Source of the DNA: an uncultured Candidatus Saccharibacteria bacterium
GTDB taxonomy: Bacteria > Patescibacteriota > Minisyncoccia > Phycocordibacterales > UBA12088
Length of the DNA stretch: 64,000 nt
NCBI GenBank assembly: GCA_964459635.1
Contig: CAYWMQ010000001.1
Span: forward strand, 8,342-72,341
Direction of reading: 5' to 3'
Under the pieces are notes generated by a model, which saw only the letters and a program-made list of their open reading frames with translations, was not told the DNA's origin and searched no databases. Positions within the stretch are counted from its first letter, which is position 1, and every line of letters starts with the position of its first letter. Below, piece by piece: positions 8,638 through 20,300 of this stretch. The position numbers were made by a program, and so were the translations under genes.

Positions 8638-8838
8638 TCATTGCATGACCTTGGGCTCTTGGAGTGCCTGATGCTCAAGGGTGAGCAATAGCACTTCTTT
8701 TTCCAATGCCTCCGCAGTGGCAGTATCGCCACATGCTTGAGCTTGAGTCATTTTTGCCAGCAGGAGCTCAGCGCGCGCGGCCAAGTCCATCAGCGCCACT
8801 ACCAAATTTACATCGGTGTCCAAATACAGCATCATCAC
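8638..8838 (-). CDS. small hypothetical protein (66 aa)
   Basis: Shine-Dalgarno GGAGG directly upstream of ATGATG. It has its own promoter and a downstream terminator. The sequence is predominantly helical/coiled-coil-like. Confidence 0.5.
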   Translation of the reverse strand: MMMLYLDTDVNLVVALMDLAARAELLLAKMTQAQACGDTATAEALEKEVLLLTLEHQALQEPKVMQ

Positions 8839-8859
8839 CTCCGTCGCTGCATCTAACTT

Positions 8860-8888
8860 TAGTTAAGCACCCTGAGATAAGAGGTCAA
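8860..8888 (-). promoter_or_regulatory. sigma70-like promoter for 8638..8838 (minus strand: TTGACC-17-TAACTA)
   Basis: Reverse complement of 8883-8888 is TTGACC, and of 8860-8865 is TAACTA, with a 17-nt spacer. Confidence 0.4.
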
Positions 8889-8927
8889 TACGTCCTCGGG
8901 TGCATAAGTGTAAATCCACGCTTGCCC

Positions 8928-8957
8928 TTGACTTACCTGCTCAACAAGGCGTACTAT
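8928..8957 (+). promoter_or_regulatory. sigma70-like promoter TTGACT-18-TACTAT, divergent from the minus-strand promoter
   Basis: TTGACT at 8928-8933 and TACTAT at 8952-8957, 24 nt upstream of ATG 8981. Confidence 0.45.
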
Positions 8958-8980
8958 GTCGGCAGCAACGGAGGACGGAA

Positions 8981-9136
8981 ATGAGAAAAGTTTGTTCCGG
9001 GTTTTTTGAGATGCTCATTCGATGGCTCACGCCGCATATCCCACCAAGGGATGTTAGCAGCGGCTTTGACCGTATACAGGAGCCCGCGGGCGCGTATACG
9101 GGTCCCGTGGTGGTTGGTCGGGGGCGACAGGGATGA
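8981..9136 (+). CDS. very small hypothetical protein (51 aa)
   Basis: Shine-Dalgarno GGAGGA (8970-8975) 5 nt upstream of the ATG. Reads MRKVCSGFFEMLIRWLTPHIPPRDVSSGFDRIQEPAGAYTGPVVVGRGRQG. Confidence 0.4.
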   Translation: MRKVCSGFFEMLIRWLTPHIPPRDVSSGFDRIQEPAGAYTGPVVVGRGRQG

Positions 9137-9294
9137 AGCAATTAGACGAGGCTACCGCCCAGGCGGCGCGGGCTGCCATCGACCATCATCATTCCGAGCA
9201 GGCATCGCCGTGCTGCATGCGCACGTTGGCGGAGGAAGTGTGCGACGCCTTGAGCGAAGCGTTCCGTCAATTGCGTGCCTGGTTCAGCAATTGA
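9133..9294 (+). CDS. very small hypothetical protein (53 aa), ATGA-coupled to the preceding ORF
   Basis: The start overlaps the previous stop (ATGA at 9133-9136). Reads MKQLDEATAQAARAAIDHHHSEQASPCCMRTLAEEVCDALSEAFRQLRAWFSN. Below the track length cutoff. Confidence 0.4.
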   Translation: MKQLDEATAQAARAAIDHHHSEQASPCCMRTLAEEVCDALSEAFRQLRAWFSN

Positions 9295-9302
9295 CGAGAG
9301 CG

Positions 9303-9334
9303 CGGCCGACCCATTGGGTCGGCCGTTTCGTGTT
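9303..9334 (+). terminator. rho-independent terminator CGGCCGACCC-att-GGGTCGGCCG followed by TTTCGTGTT
   Basis: Perfect 10-bp GC stem with a 3-nt loop and a T-rich tail, 8 nt after the stop of 9133..9294. Confidence 0.65.
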
Positions 9335-9848
9335 ATGCCCGAGCGCCCGGGCGTTTATGTTGCTCCTTCCCCACGTAAAATGCGCCTTCGTCGTAGTGCT
9401 CAAGCGTGAGCCAGAGCGCGGAGCATGTTGCTGCCGTGGCGTTCTGATAGAGTACGAGCGGCATGAGTCTCTTGTACTGTCGCAAGCATTCACGTCGCAC
9501 GGCATAGTGTCCCCGCTGTCGACCGCGCACATCCGGAAGTAGCGGTGCCGGAAACACGAAGCTGCAGTACCGCTCGTAGTCTCGTTGCAGCCCGTCCAGT
9601 TCATTTGAGCCCTGCGAAGCCGAGATCATTACCCACGCGTTGTGGAGAAAAGCGGCAAGCGCCTTATATCCTCGTATGTCCCCCGTCCCGTATACATGTC
9701 CTTGATCCACTTCACGAATAAAGCACCAACGCAGCATTTTCAGCATGGTCTGTTGGGCCGGCGTGAGCATGGTGAACGTACTGAGTTCGCGAAGCATGTG
9801 CCCAAAATGGCGGGCATTAAGTGTGCAAGGTGCAGGAGGTGTCTGCAT
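9333..9848 (-). CDS. hypothetical protein (171 aa), downstream of the P-type ATPase on the minus strand
   Basis: An internal ATG of track ORF 9333..9884 is chosen (MQTPPAP...), preceded by GGGAGA 6 nt upstream. No recognisable motif. Confidence 0.4.
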   Translation of the reverse strand: MQTPPAPCTLNARHFGHMLRELSTFTMLTPAQQTMLKMLRWCFIREVDQGHVYGTGDIRGYKALAAFLHNAWVMISASQGSNELDGLQRDYERYCSFVFPAPLLPDVRGRQRGHYAVRRECLRQYKRLMPLVLYQNATAATCSALWLTLEHYDEGAFYVGKEQHKRPGARA

Positions 9849-9909
9849 GCGTGTTCTCCCAAATTCTTGTGTTACTATGCACAATTTGAGCGCGGATGTC
9901 GAATGTCCG

Positions 9910-12483
9910 CTATGATCTACGGTGCTGCGCCAGGACGCTCACGTACCGGTAGTACATGAGCTTCACCGCTTCTGAGCTCACGAAGTACGCAGCGACGACG
10001 CCAAGGATGAGGGCGAGGTGCGGCGCGGTGGGCACACTGAAGCGAAATATGTCGGCAAGGAAGGGCACCAGAGGAACCACAAGCGCCATGAGTGCAGCAG
10101 CGACCGTGAGCAGCATAATAGTGAGCGGCGGGCGCGTGCCGCGGTAAAAGGGCAGGTGCGTGCGAATGCAAAAGAGAAACACGAGTTCCGTAAGTACGCT
10201 CCCGATAAACCAGTTCGTTTGGAGGACCGAAGGATCATAGGCGTGAAAGAGTCCAAAGAGCACAAAGTCGTAGAATGTGCTCACGAGTCCGAGCAGCGTG
10301 GCTATGAGCAAGATGTCGTGCACGTTTTGTGTGCGGGGACGCCGTACCTCTGAAGCGTCCACGGTGTCGAGTGCGACGGCCATCATGGGAAAGTCGGACA
10401 GGAGGTTGAGGAGCAGTATCTGAATGGGGAGCATGGGAAGGAAGGGAAGAAAGAGTGACACAATGGCGACCGCGTAGAAGTTGCCGAAGCTCGATGCCAT
10501 GGTGGCCTTGAGGTATTTGCTTGTGTTCGCACCTGCAATGCGCCCGGCACGTATGCCTTCAACAATGACCCCAAGGCTCTTCTTTAAGAGCACTATGTCC
10601 GCCGCGTCGCGCGCAATGTCGCTTGCACTTTCCACTACCAGTGACACGCTCGCGCGCCGGAGAGCAGGCACATCATTGATGCCCTCGCCCAGAAAGCCCA
10701 CTTGATAGCGCTCCATGAGCAGTGAAACGATATAGTGCTTTTGCTCCGGCGATACGCGCGCAAACACATGCACGGCTTGGGCCGCATCTCGCTGTCTCCC
10801 CGCGTCAAGCGCCATAAACTGCGAGCCGGTGAGCACGTCGCCTTGGTGTTCAATAAGCCCGATCTTTTGGGCGACCGCTGCAGCCACTTCGGGACTGTCG
10901 CCCGTGATGACCTTTACCATAAGTCCGAGATCACGAGCGTTCCGTATCGCTTCGGTGGTACTTGCTTTCACCGGGTCATGAAACGCGAGGTATCCGCCAA
11001 AGTGTAAGTTCTGCGGTTTTTGTGTCGCTCCGGTCGCGTCTTCCGTATCGTCCAGGTACCGTTCAGCGACAGCCAATACCCGCTCACCGCTTTGCCCGGC
11101 GCGCACGCTCCATGCCTGAGCATCCTCATGTGACGCGTCCGGAATGCAGTGCAAAAGTACCGCCTCCGGACTCCCACGCACGACAAGCCTTCTGCGTCCG
11201 GCTTCTTCCGCCACTACCGCGTTAATGCGAAGCGCGGGGTCAAAAGGCGCATGGGCAAGCGTTCGTGCTCGTCCTGCCGCTTCCCGTTCATCGCGTGTTG
11301 CGGCAGCCCAGAGCGCTGCGTCAAATGGTTCCAAGCGTAAGCCGTCCGGGTCGCTTGCCACAAGTCCGAGGTACAGTGCATGCCCTCTGTCTCCGTGCAC
11401 GTCGCCCAGCGTCAAGCGGTTCTCGGTGAGTGTGCCTGTTTTGTCGGTACAAAGGACCTCAATGGAGCCCAGGCGCAGAATAGCCGCGAGCCGGCGTACT
11501 ACCACGTGCCGGCGCGCAAGGTCGCTGGCGGCTCGGGAAAGCGTGAATGTGGTCACCACAGGTAGCGCTTCAGGTATCACGCCCACCGCAAGTGCCACGG
11601 AAAAAAGCAGCAGGTTCGGGATGTCCGCGTCGCTTCCGGAGATGAGTAGATGGAGCAGGAATACAACGCCCAGTGTCGCTATGATGAGGCGGAGGATGAA
11701 CGAACTTACGCCCACCATGCCGCGCTCATAACTGGAGAGAGTATGAGTCTCGTGCGCGAGTTGTGCAAAGTCACCCAGCGCACTTTCTTTGCCTGTGGCC
11801 ACCACGACGCAGAGTGCCGCGCCGCGCAGCACCGTGGTCCCCGCAAAGCAGATGTTTTGTGCGTCCGTGCGCTCAAGGGGAGGGGTATGCATCGTCTCGG
11901 CGCTTTTTTCGCGCGGTACGGACTCTCCCGTGAGAATTGACTCGTCCACGAGTAGCGACTGGCACTCGATAATGCGCACATCTGCCGGTACGCGGTCACC
12001 TGTTTCAAGCCGCACGATGTCACCGGGCACGAGCTCTTCTGCGCCTATGCGGAGCGACACACCATCGCGTACCACGCGCGCCCTGTCGCGCACGTACTGT
12101 TTCAGCATGCGCAGTGTTTGTTCGGAGCGGTACTCCTGCCAAAAGCCGAGCGCGGTATCTATTGTGATAAATGCGACTATGAGTCCCGCATCCATGGGCT
12201 CGCCGAGCAAGTACGCAAGGAGCGCCGACGCAGCCAAGAGGTACGTAAAGGGCGCGTGCAGCTCGGCGGCGAGTATGTGCCAAGCAGAGCGTGTATCGCC
12301 GGGGAGAATGTTCGCACCGCCTTCGTTCGCGAGCGATGCGGCACGTGAGCGCGAGAGGCCGTACTCGTGCGACACGCCGTACTCGCGCAGGAGTGCCTCT
12401 CGGGCGGTGCATGCAACGTGTGCGAGATCCATAGAAAGAGCGTACTTCGAGGGTAGCACGGAAGACGACCGTGCAGGCGGCAT
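9910..12483 (-). CDS. cation-transporting P-type ATPase (P2/P3-type; Mg2+/Ca2+-ATPase-like)
   Basis: 857 aa. Phosphorylation motif CTDKTGTLTEN, the TGES-like segment LTGESVP, hinge motif GEGINDVPALRRA, and about 10 TM helices. Confidence 0.9.
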   Translation of the reverse strand: MPPARSSSVLPSKYALSMDLAHVACTAREALLREYGVSHEYGLSRSRAASLANEGGANILPGDTRSAWHILAAELHAPFTYLLAASALLAYLLGEPMDAGLIVAFITIDTALGFWQEYRSEQTLRMLKQYVRDRARVVRDGVSLRIGAEELVPGDIVRLETGDRVPADVRIIECQSLLVDESILTGESVPREKSAETMHTPPLERTDAQNICFAGTTVLRGAALCVVVATGKESALGDFAQLAHETHTLSSYERGMVGVSSFILRLIIATLGVVFLLHLLISGSDADIPNLLLFSVALAVGVIPEALPVVTTFTLSRAASDLARRHVVVRRLAAILRLGSIEVLCTDKTGTLTENRLTLGDVHGDRGHALYLGLVASDPDGLRLEPFDAALWAAATRDEREAAGRARTLAHAPFDPALRINAVVAEEAGRRRLVVRGSPEAVLLHCIPDASHEDAQAWSVRAGQSGERVLAVAERYLDDTEDATGATQKPQNLHFGGYLAFHDPVKASTTEAIRNARDLGLMVKVITGDSPEVAAAVAQKIGLIEHQGDVLTGSQFMALDAGRQRDAAQAVHVFARVSPEQKHYIVSLLMERYQVGFLGEGINDVPALRRASVSLVVESASDIARDAADIVLLKKSLGVIVEGIRAGRIAGANTSKYLKATMASSFGNFYAVAIVSLFLPFLPMLPIQILLLNLLSDFPMMAVALDTVDASEVRRPRTQNVHDILLIATLLGLVSTFYDFVLFGLFHAYDPSVLQTNWFIGSVLTELVFLFCIRTHLPFYRGTRPPLTIMLLTVAAALMALVVPLVPFLADIFRFSVPTAPHLALILGVVAAYFVSSEAVKLMYYRYVSVLAQHRRS

Positions 12484-12929
12484 AATCCACAGTTCGCGCG
12501 AGATGCGCGACGCGATCTGTCATTGTCGACCATCCCCGACAGCGCACAGCTGTCAGCACGAGATCTGTGGAAAACACAGCATTAACGGCGCGGTGCTTGA
12601 TACAATATATGCATAAAGAAAAATATCCCAGAAAACGGGACTTTTCGTCACGCATGCCGCATCGCCGACACAACAATTTTGACGATGAATATACGCTGGT
12701 ACTTTCACCACGGCAGCGTCCCTCCGCGGGCCTTCTAAAAAGTGGCTTAAAACAAAGCCGAAGTGTGCAGGCGCGAGGGTCGCCTAGGTCTAACGCGCCA
12801 CGCGCAGGGCCGGTGCGACCTTACCCGCCGTCCAGCGCTCAGGTCGAACGAGTGCCGCACCAGATACACGACACGTCACGGGAAGGAGACCTTCGCGCGG
12901 CTTTCGGTATTGACGGCATAGTGGGACGC

Positions 12930-14345
12930 ATGGTCGCACGTATTTTACTGCTTCTTGTGCTGTTTCAGCCTATCTACGTGGCGTTCGGCATGGAGCTCGG
13001 CGATGCAGCAAGCAGTGAGCAGGGAGTAGTGAGCAGTGTCGAAAACGACGCCGAAACCACCAACGAGCAAAGTACTGAGACGAATGCGCAGGATGCTATG
13101 AGCAGTACGGAAAATGCTGCAGATATGGCGAATGTCACTGATGGTGATGGCGCAGACCCGGTAACCACTACGAGTTCGGACAGAGCTGACGCTGGGCCAA
13201 TAGACACCGATGAGTCTGCGACGAATGCGGACGAAGATGCCGCTACGAGCACGGTACCCGATACTCAGTCAGAGATACCTGCCGACGAGGCGAGCAAGGA
13301 AGAGGAAGGGGCGGAAGGCGCTACAAGTACCGATTCAGTGACGAGCGATATAGACGAAAACGCGACCGAGGAGAGCAATGAGGGTACGGAAGCGAGTACG
13401 GAGATTGAAACGCAGACCAACACCGCAAGTAGTAGCGAAGCCTCAGCAACGTCGACAGAGGAAGAAACAATGGAGCCTGTGCTCCCGCCAGCGCCGCTTG
13501 CCCACAGTACCTCATCATACACGTTTGGCGTGGGTGACTGTACGCTCGTAGCAAACGGTGAGTTCTATTGCATCGCTGCGAGCGCCGACCGGGTTGTGAA
13601 TGGCGACCCGCGCGTTTATGCCGAGAAGGACCGTGAGGGTGACAGGGAGATCTACTACTTTGACGGCGTGGAGGTGCATCGCATTACCAACAACGGCTAC
13701 GATGACTTCGCGCCCGTCTTCGACGAGGACACGAAGCGCATCGCGTGGAACGCGATGATACAGGACCGCACACAGGTGATGCTGCACGATATTCAAACGC
13801 AGACCACTCGGCAGGTAACACAGAGCAGTAACACAGCAGGTACACCGCACCTCTTCCACGACTCACTCGTGTGGCAGGAGTGGGTGGACACCAATTGGGA
13901 AGTCTTTCGTGCGGACGCGGATGCGCTCGCGGCGGGGGCTGACGCGTCGGCAGAGCGCCTAACGGACAATGTAGTGCACGATATGTTCCCGCGCGCATAC
14001 GAGGGGCTTATTACATGGCAGCGCGAAAAGGGGCACTCATGGGAGGTGGTAGTGTACGATCTGCGGACACAAAAAGAGCACGCGCTTGAAAAGGAGGAAG
14101 ACACTAAGTACGAAAACCCCCGCTTCGTCCTTTTGTTCGACTCGCGCCATGAAAACGGGGACGTGGAGACGGTGGGCTACGACCTCGACTCGGGTGAAAT
14201 GATGGAGCTCGGCACCAAACCGCGAAGTATCCCCGCACATCCCCAGACGCCGCGCGACGAGACGGAGGATGCACTCCCGAGCGTAAGTCCCATGAATAGC
14301 GTAAAGCCTCTGCGTGATGATGCGGAGGGTACGGATGAGCTATGA
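12930..14345 (+). CDS. secreted acidic protein with a C-terminal PD40/TolB-like beta-propeller repeat region
   Basis: Start chosen at ATG 12930 (MVARILLLLVLFQPIYVAFG, a signal peptide). The track's 12567 extension is Arg-rich and lies over an AT-rich promoter-like island. About 180 aa of the sequence is a D/E/S/T-rich linker. This is followed by REGDREIYYFDGVEVHRITNNGYDDFAPVFDEDTKRIAW-type repeats. The stop overlaps the giant-gene start (ATGA). Confidence 0.55.
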   Translation: MVARILLLLVLFQPIYVAFGMELGDAASSEQGVVSSVENDAETTNEQSTETNAQDAMSSTENAADMANVTDGDGADPVTTTSSDRADAGPIDTDESATNADEDAATSTVPDTQSEIPADEASKEEEGAEGATSTDSVTSDIDENATEESNEGTEASTEIETQTNTASSSEASATSTEEETMEPVLPPAPLAHSTSSYTFGVGDCTLVANGEFYCIAASADRVVNGDPRVYAEKDREGDREIYYFDGVEVHRITNNGYDDFAPVFDEDTKRIAWNAMIQDRTQVMLHDIQTQTTRQVTQSSNTAGTPHLFHDSLVWQEWVDTNWEVFRADADALAAGADASAERLTDNVVHDMFPRAYEGLITWQREKGHSWEVVVYDLRTQKEHALEKEEDTKYENPRFVLLFDSRHENGDVETVGYDLDSGEMMELGTKPRSIPAHPQTPRDETEDALPSVSPMNSVKPLRDDAEGTDEL

Positions 14346-17300
14346 GTATGCGCGAATGGTGGAGCGGCTATGATGTTTTCGGGCACGTAAAGCGTGTGTA
14401 CTTTCTCGTGCGCGGCGTTTTCAACCGATGTGCTCAGGCTCTGCGCGCGCGCATAAGTGCTGTGGGCGCAGCCACTATAGGCAGCACGCTCGTGCTTGTG
14501 GGCATTTTCATTTTTGCGTGGCCGCAGCTTGCGCCCTTCCTTGGCTTAGGTGAAGCGCAAGCGGCGACGTATCGCTTCCAGACAGGGTACTACATGGGTG
14601 ACGGCGGCTCGAAAGCTATCACGGGGCTTGGCTTCACGCCGGACTTGGTCATCATTAAAGCGGACACTGCTGCGGGCACCGGCGCCATCATGAAAACGAG
14701 CGTTATGCCACAGAACTCCGTGGCGTACCTCGGTGTCGCCACTGCAGACGATGTGACGGGGCAGATCCAACTTACGTCGGACGGCTTCGTGGTGACGGGC
14801 GCGCTCACAAACACCGCCGGCGCCCGGCATGTGTACATGGCGTTCGGTGGCTCAGATTGCGGCGCCGGTGGCCAGTTTTGCGTCGGTGCATTTACGGGTG
14901 ATGGTAATGCGAGCCAAGTGGTATCAACGGGTTTTTCTCCGGATCTGGTCTTGGCGAAACCAACAACGGCCGTACTTGCCTCTTGGCGCTCAAGCAGCAT
15001 GGCAGACAATGTAGGTCAGTACTTCGCTGCGGCAGCGGAAGACAACACCGGTACGCTCTTTACGACGCTTGACGGTAATGGCTTTTCGGTTGGTAGTGGC
15101 AATAACACACCTGCCACCACCTACCATTTTGTTGCGTTTAGAGAAGCGAGCGGTTCAATCGACGTTGGTACTTACACAGGAGACGGGCTGGACAATCGTG
15201 CGCTTACCGGTGTTGGCTTCGCGCCAAATTTTGTCTTTTCGAAGCAAACAGGTGCGTCGAGCACGATCTTTAACGTAAGCGAGACCTACGGCGATTACTC
15301 GGGCTTTTTCATTGACGCAGCGAACGCGGCTGATGCGATTCAGTCGCTCGACAGTGACGGTTTTTCCCTCGGTACGAGCGTCACAGCAAATGCCTCAGGT
15401 GTGCCGTACCATTACGTCGCGTTTGGCGGCGCTATTGCACACACTGCGAGCGGCACATTTAAGGCTACGTCAGGCACATACACAGGGAATGGTACCGGGC
15501 AAACCATTGTGGATCTTGCGTTTGAGCCTGACCTGGTGGTGATAGCCGCGAGCGGTACGCAGTATGCCGTGTTTAGGACGCGCGATATGGGTAATGATTC
15601 GACCGCGTTTCTTGCGAACGCGGCGGCTAACTTTGCAGGCGGCATTACGACCTTAGGTACAAACAGTTTTACTCTCGGTAACAGTGCCACCGTGAACGCC
15701 GCCGGGGTCGAGTATGTCTGGACCGCCTACGGCAATGCATGGGATCCGGAGACACACACAGGCGCAGCGGACTTCACGGTGGGCATGTACTATGGCAACG
15801 GTCTTGATAACAGGGACATCACTCGACTGCCGTTTGCTCCGGACTTTGTCGCAGTGAAAAGGAGCGGCGCTACCCAAGGTGTGTGGCGTTCGAGCGAGCA
15901 CAGCGGCGACTTGTCCAGCTTCTTCCATGGCGCTGCGGAGGCGGCAAACAATATCCAAGCGCTCACATCCGATGGCTTTGAGGTGGGTACTGCGGCAAAC
16001 GTAAACACCGCCGCCAATCTCTACCCGTTTTTTGCGTTTGCTACGAGCTCGTCTTTTGCGGTCGGGACATACAGCGGTACGGGTGTGGCGCAGACCGTTG
16101 CGACACCTCTGGCGCCGGCACATGTGTGGGTGAAGCAGACGGGAGCTGTAGCAGGCGTGCTTAAGACAGCGAGCACTACCGGCTCGACTTCTCTCTCCTT
16201 TGCTAACACCGCGCCGCAACAAGACGGCATTGAACAGCTTACCGGCAGCGGCTTTCTCGTAGGGGCAAGCACCACGGTGAACGCGGTTGGCGTCAACAAC
16301 TATCGGTACGCTGCGTGGCGCGATACCGACGTGCGCGGTACCTCTACCTATCGCATGCAGACGGGGTATTTCGTGGGAAACGGAGGCAGTAAGGATATCA
16401 CGGGCCTCGGCTTTACGCCGGACTTGGTCATTGTGAAAGCTGACACAAACGCCGGTACGGGAGCCACGTGGAAGTCAAGCGCAATGCCGCAGCAGGTCAC
16501 CGCACACTTGGGAAGTGCGACGGCGGACAACACGGCGGGTCAGATCACCCTCATTGAGGGCGGTTTTCGGGTAGCAGGCGCAAATACGAGTGCCGCTAAT
16601 ACCAGGTATACATATGTCGCCGTGGGCGGCAGCGACTGCTCTGCAAGCGGCACCTTCTGTGTGGGCAGGTTTACCGGCACAGGGGCGGCGACGCTTTCAC
16701 TCACGACAGGCTTCTCGCCCGAACTCGTGTGGGTGAAACGCTCCACGGCGGTACTGCCCTCTTGGCGCTCGAGCACGATGGCGGTCAATGTGGCAAACTT
16801 TTTCAGCGCAACGGCGGAAGACGCAACCGGGGCCTACTTCACTACGCTCGACGGCAGCGGCTTTACGGTTGGCACCACAAACAATGCAAGTGGAGGCTCG
16901 TATTACTTTGTGGCGTTTTCGGAAGCCGCAGGTGCTGTCGACGTGGGTACGTACACCGGCAACTTGACCGTGGACAGATCAATAGCAGGTGTAGGCTTTT
17001 CTCCCGACTGGGTATTTACCAAACAAACAGGTGCATCGGCCGCTGTCTACAACCAGCGTGAGTCATATGGTGACCACTCAAGCTATTTCGCGGACACCGC
17101 CAACCTCACGGACGCTATACAGGTACTGGAGGCAGACGGCTTCCAGGTGGGTGGTAACAGCACAGCACATGCAAACGGAGTGGTGTACCACTACGCCGCA
17201 CTCGGCGGCGCACTTGCACACGCGGCGAGTGGGACGTTCACCACCCTTTCGGGGTCGTACGTGGGCACCGGCGATGCCGGCCAAGTCACGGGACTGGGTT

Positions 17301-20300
17301 TTGCGCCCGACCTTGTCATCATCAAAGGTGACGTTGCTCAGTCCGGTGTGTTTGCGTCGAAGCTCATGGCGGGAGACTCTACGGCGTACCTCGATCAGGC
17401 CACCGCTAACTTTGCGGGCGGTATCACCGCACTCGGGACGGACGGTTTTTCGATCGGGACAAACGCGAGCGTGAACAGTGATGGGGTAACGTACTACTGG
17501 ACAGCGTACGGCAACGCCTGGAACCCGGAGACGCACCGCGGCGCTGCGGATTTTGCGCTCGGCGCACACTATGGCAACGGCATTGATGGGCGCGATGTCA
17601 CTCGGATACCGTTCAGCCCGGATCTCGTGGCATTGAAGCGCAACGGTGTAACGGGCGGAACGTGGCGTACGAGTGCACATGCCGGAGACGCGTCGAGCTT
17701 TTTTGCGGCCACCGCAGAGGGGGCAAACCGTGTGCAGGCATTGAACGCAGACGGATTTGAGGTTGGTACAAATGCGGAGGCAAACCTTGCAAACAACATC
17801 TACTGGTCGTTTGCGTTTGCCGAATCAGCCACGTTTGCGGTGGGGACCTACAGTGGTACAGGTGTAAGCCAGACCATTACTGTGGGCTTTCAGCCCTACC
17901 ACCTTTGGGTAAAGCATACCGGTGCCACACGCGGAGTTTCGCGTCCGTACGCCCTTGCGGGGGACGGTGCCTTGCCGTTCATTAGTGCCGGACTCGTGAG
18001 CGGCGCGATCTCGGCCTTTGCACCGACGGGTTTTGCCGTTGATGCCGCGGTGGAAACAAACACGAGTGGCGCGAACAACTACCGCTTTGCTGCTTGGAAG
18101 AAGAACGAGCTTGAGCAGACGCACTATCATTGGCGCTATGACGATGGCGACGAGGACGGCGCAAGCTCCGCGACGGGTGGGGCGGAAGATACGGCCCTGT
18201 CGGATGTGCGCGAGGGCTTGCCGTACCGTCTGCGTATCGGTCTTGCCAATATCGCGAGCGTTGCCGCCAGCTCCACAGGCTTTCGTATTGAGTTTGCTGA
18301 AAAAGGAGCAACCTGCGCAGCGGCTACGGGGTGGGCTCGCGTAGGTGATGCCGGTGGCGCATGGGACCTGTATGACTCACCCAACCTCACCCAAGGTGCG
18401 AACACCACCAACATACCGCTGTCCTCGGGCGGCGTGAGCGATGAAAACGACGACTTCATGTCACCGAATGGCGGCATTGCAGACACGGGTGATGAGACGC
18501 CTGCCTATGTGCTCGCGGCGTCCGAATTTGCGGAGCTTGAGTATGCCCTCACACCCACCGTGTACGCGACAAGTGCCGTAACGTACTGTTTCCGTGTGAC
18601 GGCGCAAGGTACCCCGCTCTCTATGTACTTGCAGTACGCTGAAGCGACATTCCGCACACATGTCACCGCCACCACGCTCGGGACACAGGTGAGTGAGGTC
18701 ATCGTGCCATCAAGCTCAGCATACCTGGGTGGGGCATTTGTGCTCACCGATGCGACCACCGACAGTACGCACTCCATTACGGACATTGAAGTGACCGAAA
18801 GCGGCACCGTGGACGCTGCGGCCCACCTCGACAATATCAAGCTCTTTTATGAGTACGACACGAGCGCTCCATACGACTGCGCGAGCGAGTCGTACGGAGG
18901 CAGTGAAGCACAGTACGGTCTTACTGATAGTGACGGCTTTAGCGGCCAAAACGGCACCTCGGCATTTGCCGGGTCTGTCTCCGCAAGTAGTACTCAAGCG
19001 GTGTGTTTGTACCCGGTGTTGGATGTTGTTGCGGGTGCGCTCTCCGGGCAAACAGTTGAGCTCTCGCTCGCGAGCGCAAGCGCCGTTACGGTGGCGGGCG
19101 GAGAAGTGCCGCGCTTTGCCGAGACGCCTCTGCACCTTTCGGGCGACACGACACTTGTAAGCCCGCTCCTTACGGCTACTCACTACCACTGGCGTTCAGA
19201 CGATGGCTCGGAAGCGACAGCGGGGTCCGCCACAGGTGGCATAGAAGATACGCCACTGCTCAACCTTACGAAAGGTGCGGGTCGGCGGCTTCGTATAGGT
19301 GTGTCAAATGAAGGGCTTGCAACATCGAGCGCAACGTCGTTCCGCGTCGAGTATGCGGAACGCAGCGGTACCTGCAGTGCGACCACAAACGGCTGGACCG
19401 ATGTCGGTGCTGTTGGTGGCGCATGGGATATGTATGACAGTGCCAATCTCACCGAAGGCGCCGATACCACCAACATAGCGCTCGCAAGCGGCGGCGTGAC
19501 GGATGAGAACACTACGTTCCTCACCGCAAACGGCGGCGTTCGAGATACCACATCACAAACGGGGGCGCTTTCGCTCGGGCCCGCCGAACATACCGAGCTT
19601 GAGTACTCGCTCGTGGCACTCGCCGGTGCGTCCGATGGTACGAGTTACTGTTTCCGCGTGACGGATGCGGGAACTCCGCTTCCGGCTGCAGCGGCGCATC
19701 CCGAGGTATTGGTTGCTGCCGACGTGCTGGTATCGAGTTTGGGCACGCATGTAACCGCGGTGCGGGCCGGCGCAAGCGATACGTACATCGCGGGTCCATG
19801 GGTGGTGACCGATCAAGGTGGTGGCCGCAACGTGACCGGTGTGCTTCTCAGCGAAACGGGCTCCGTAGATGGTGCGAACAATCTTGCGAATATTCGTCTT
19901 TACTACGATCTTGATACTTCGGCGCCGTACACCTGTGCGAGCGAATCCTATGCGGCCGGTGATAGCCAGTTTGGTGCCACCTCCACTGCGTTCAGTGCCG
20001 CAAACGGTACCACGAGCTTCAGTGGCTCGGTGGGCATTTCCGGGACGGCGACATTGTGTCTCTATGCAGTGCTTGATGTGCGTAGTACTGCAGAGAACGG
20101 AGAAACCATCACGCTCAGCATTGCGAACCCAAGCACCGACGTGGCCGTGTCTTCGGGTACCGTCAATCCGAACGACCGCGTGGCACCTTCCGGCACTACA
20201 ACCATAGAGCGACAGACGGTGACCCAAGAGCATTACCACTTCAGGCGTGATGATGGCGGAGAGGCGGCGGCAAGTTCTGCGACGGGCGGAAGTGAAGATA

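Noticed and set aside
9006-9542. 178-aa + strand ORF
   Set aside because: It is Arg/Gly-rich. It runs through the strong terminator at 9303-9334 and overlaps the better-supported minus-strand gene 9333..9848.
12567-12929. 121-codon N-terminal extension of the PD40-like gene
   Set aside because: It is Arg/Pro-rich and AT-rich promoter-like DNA. The internal ATG 12930 is followed directly by a canonical signal peptide.
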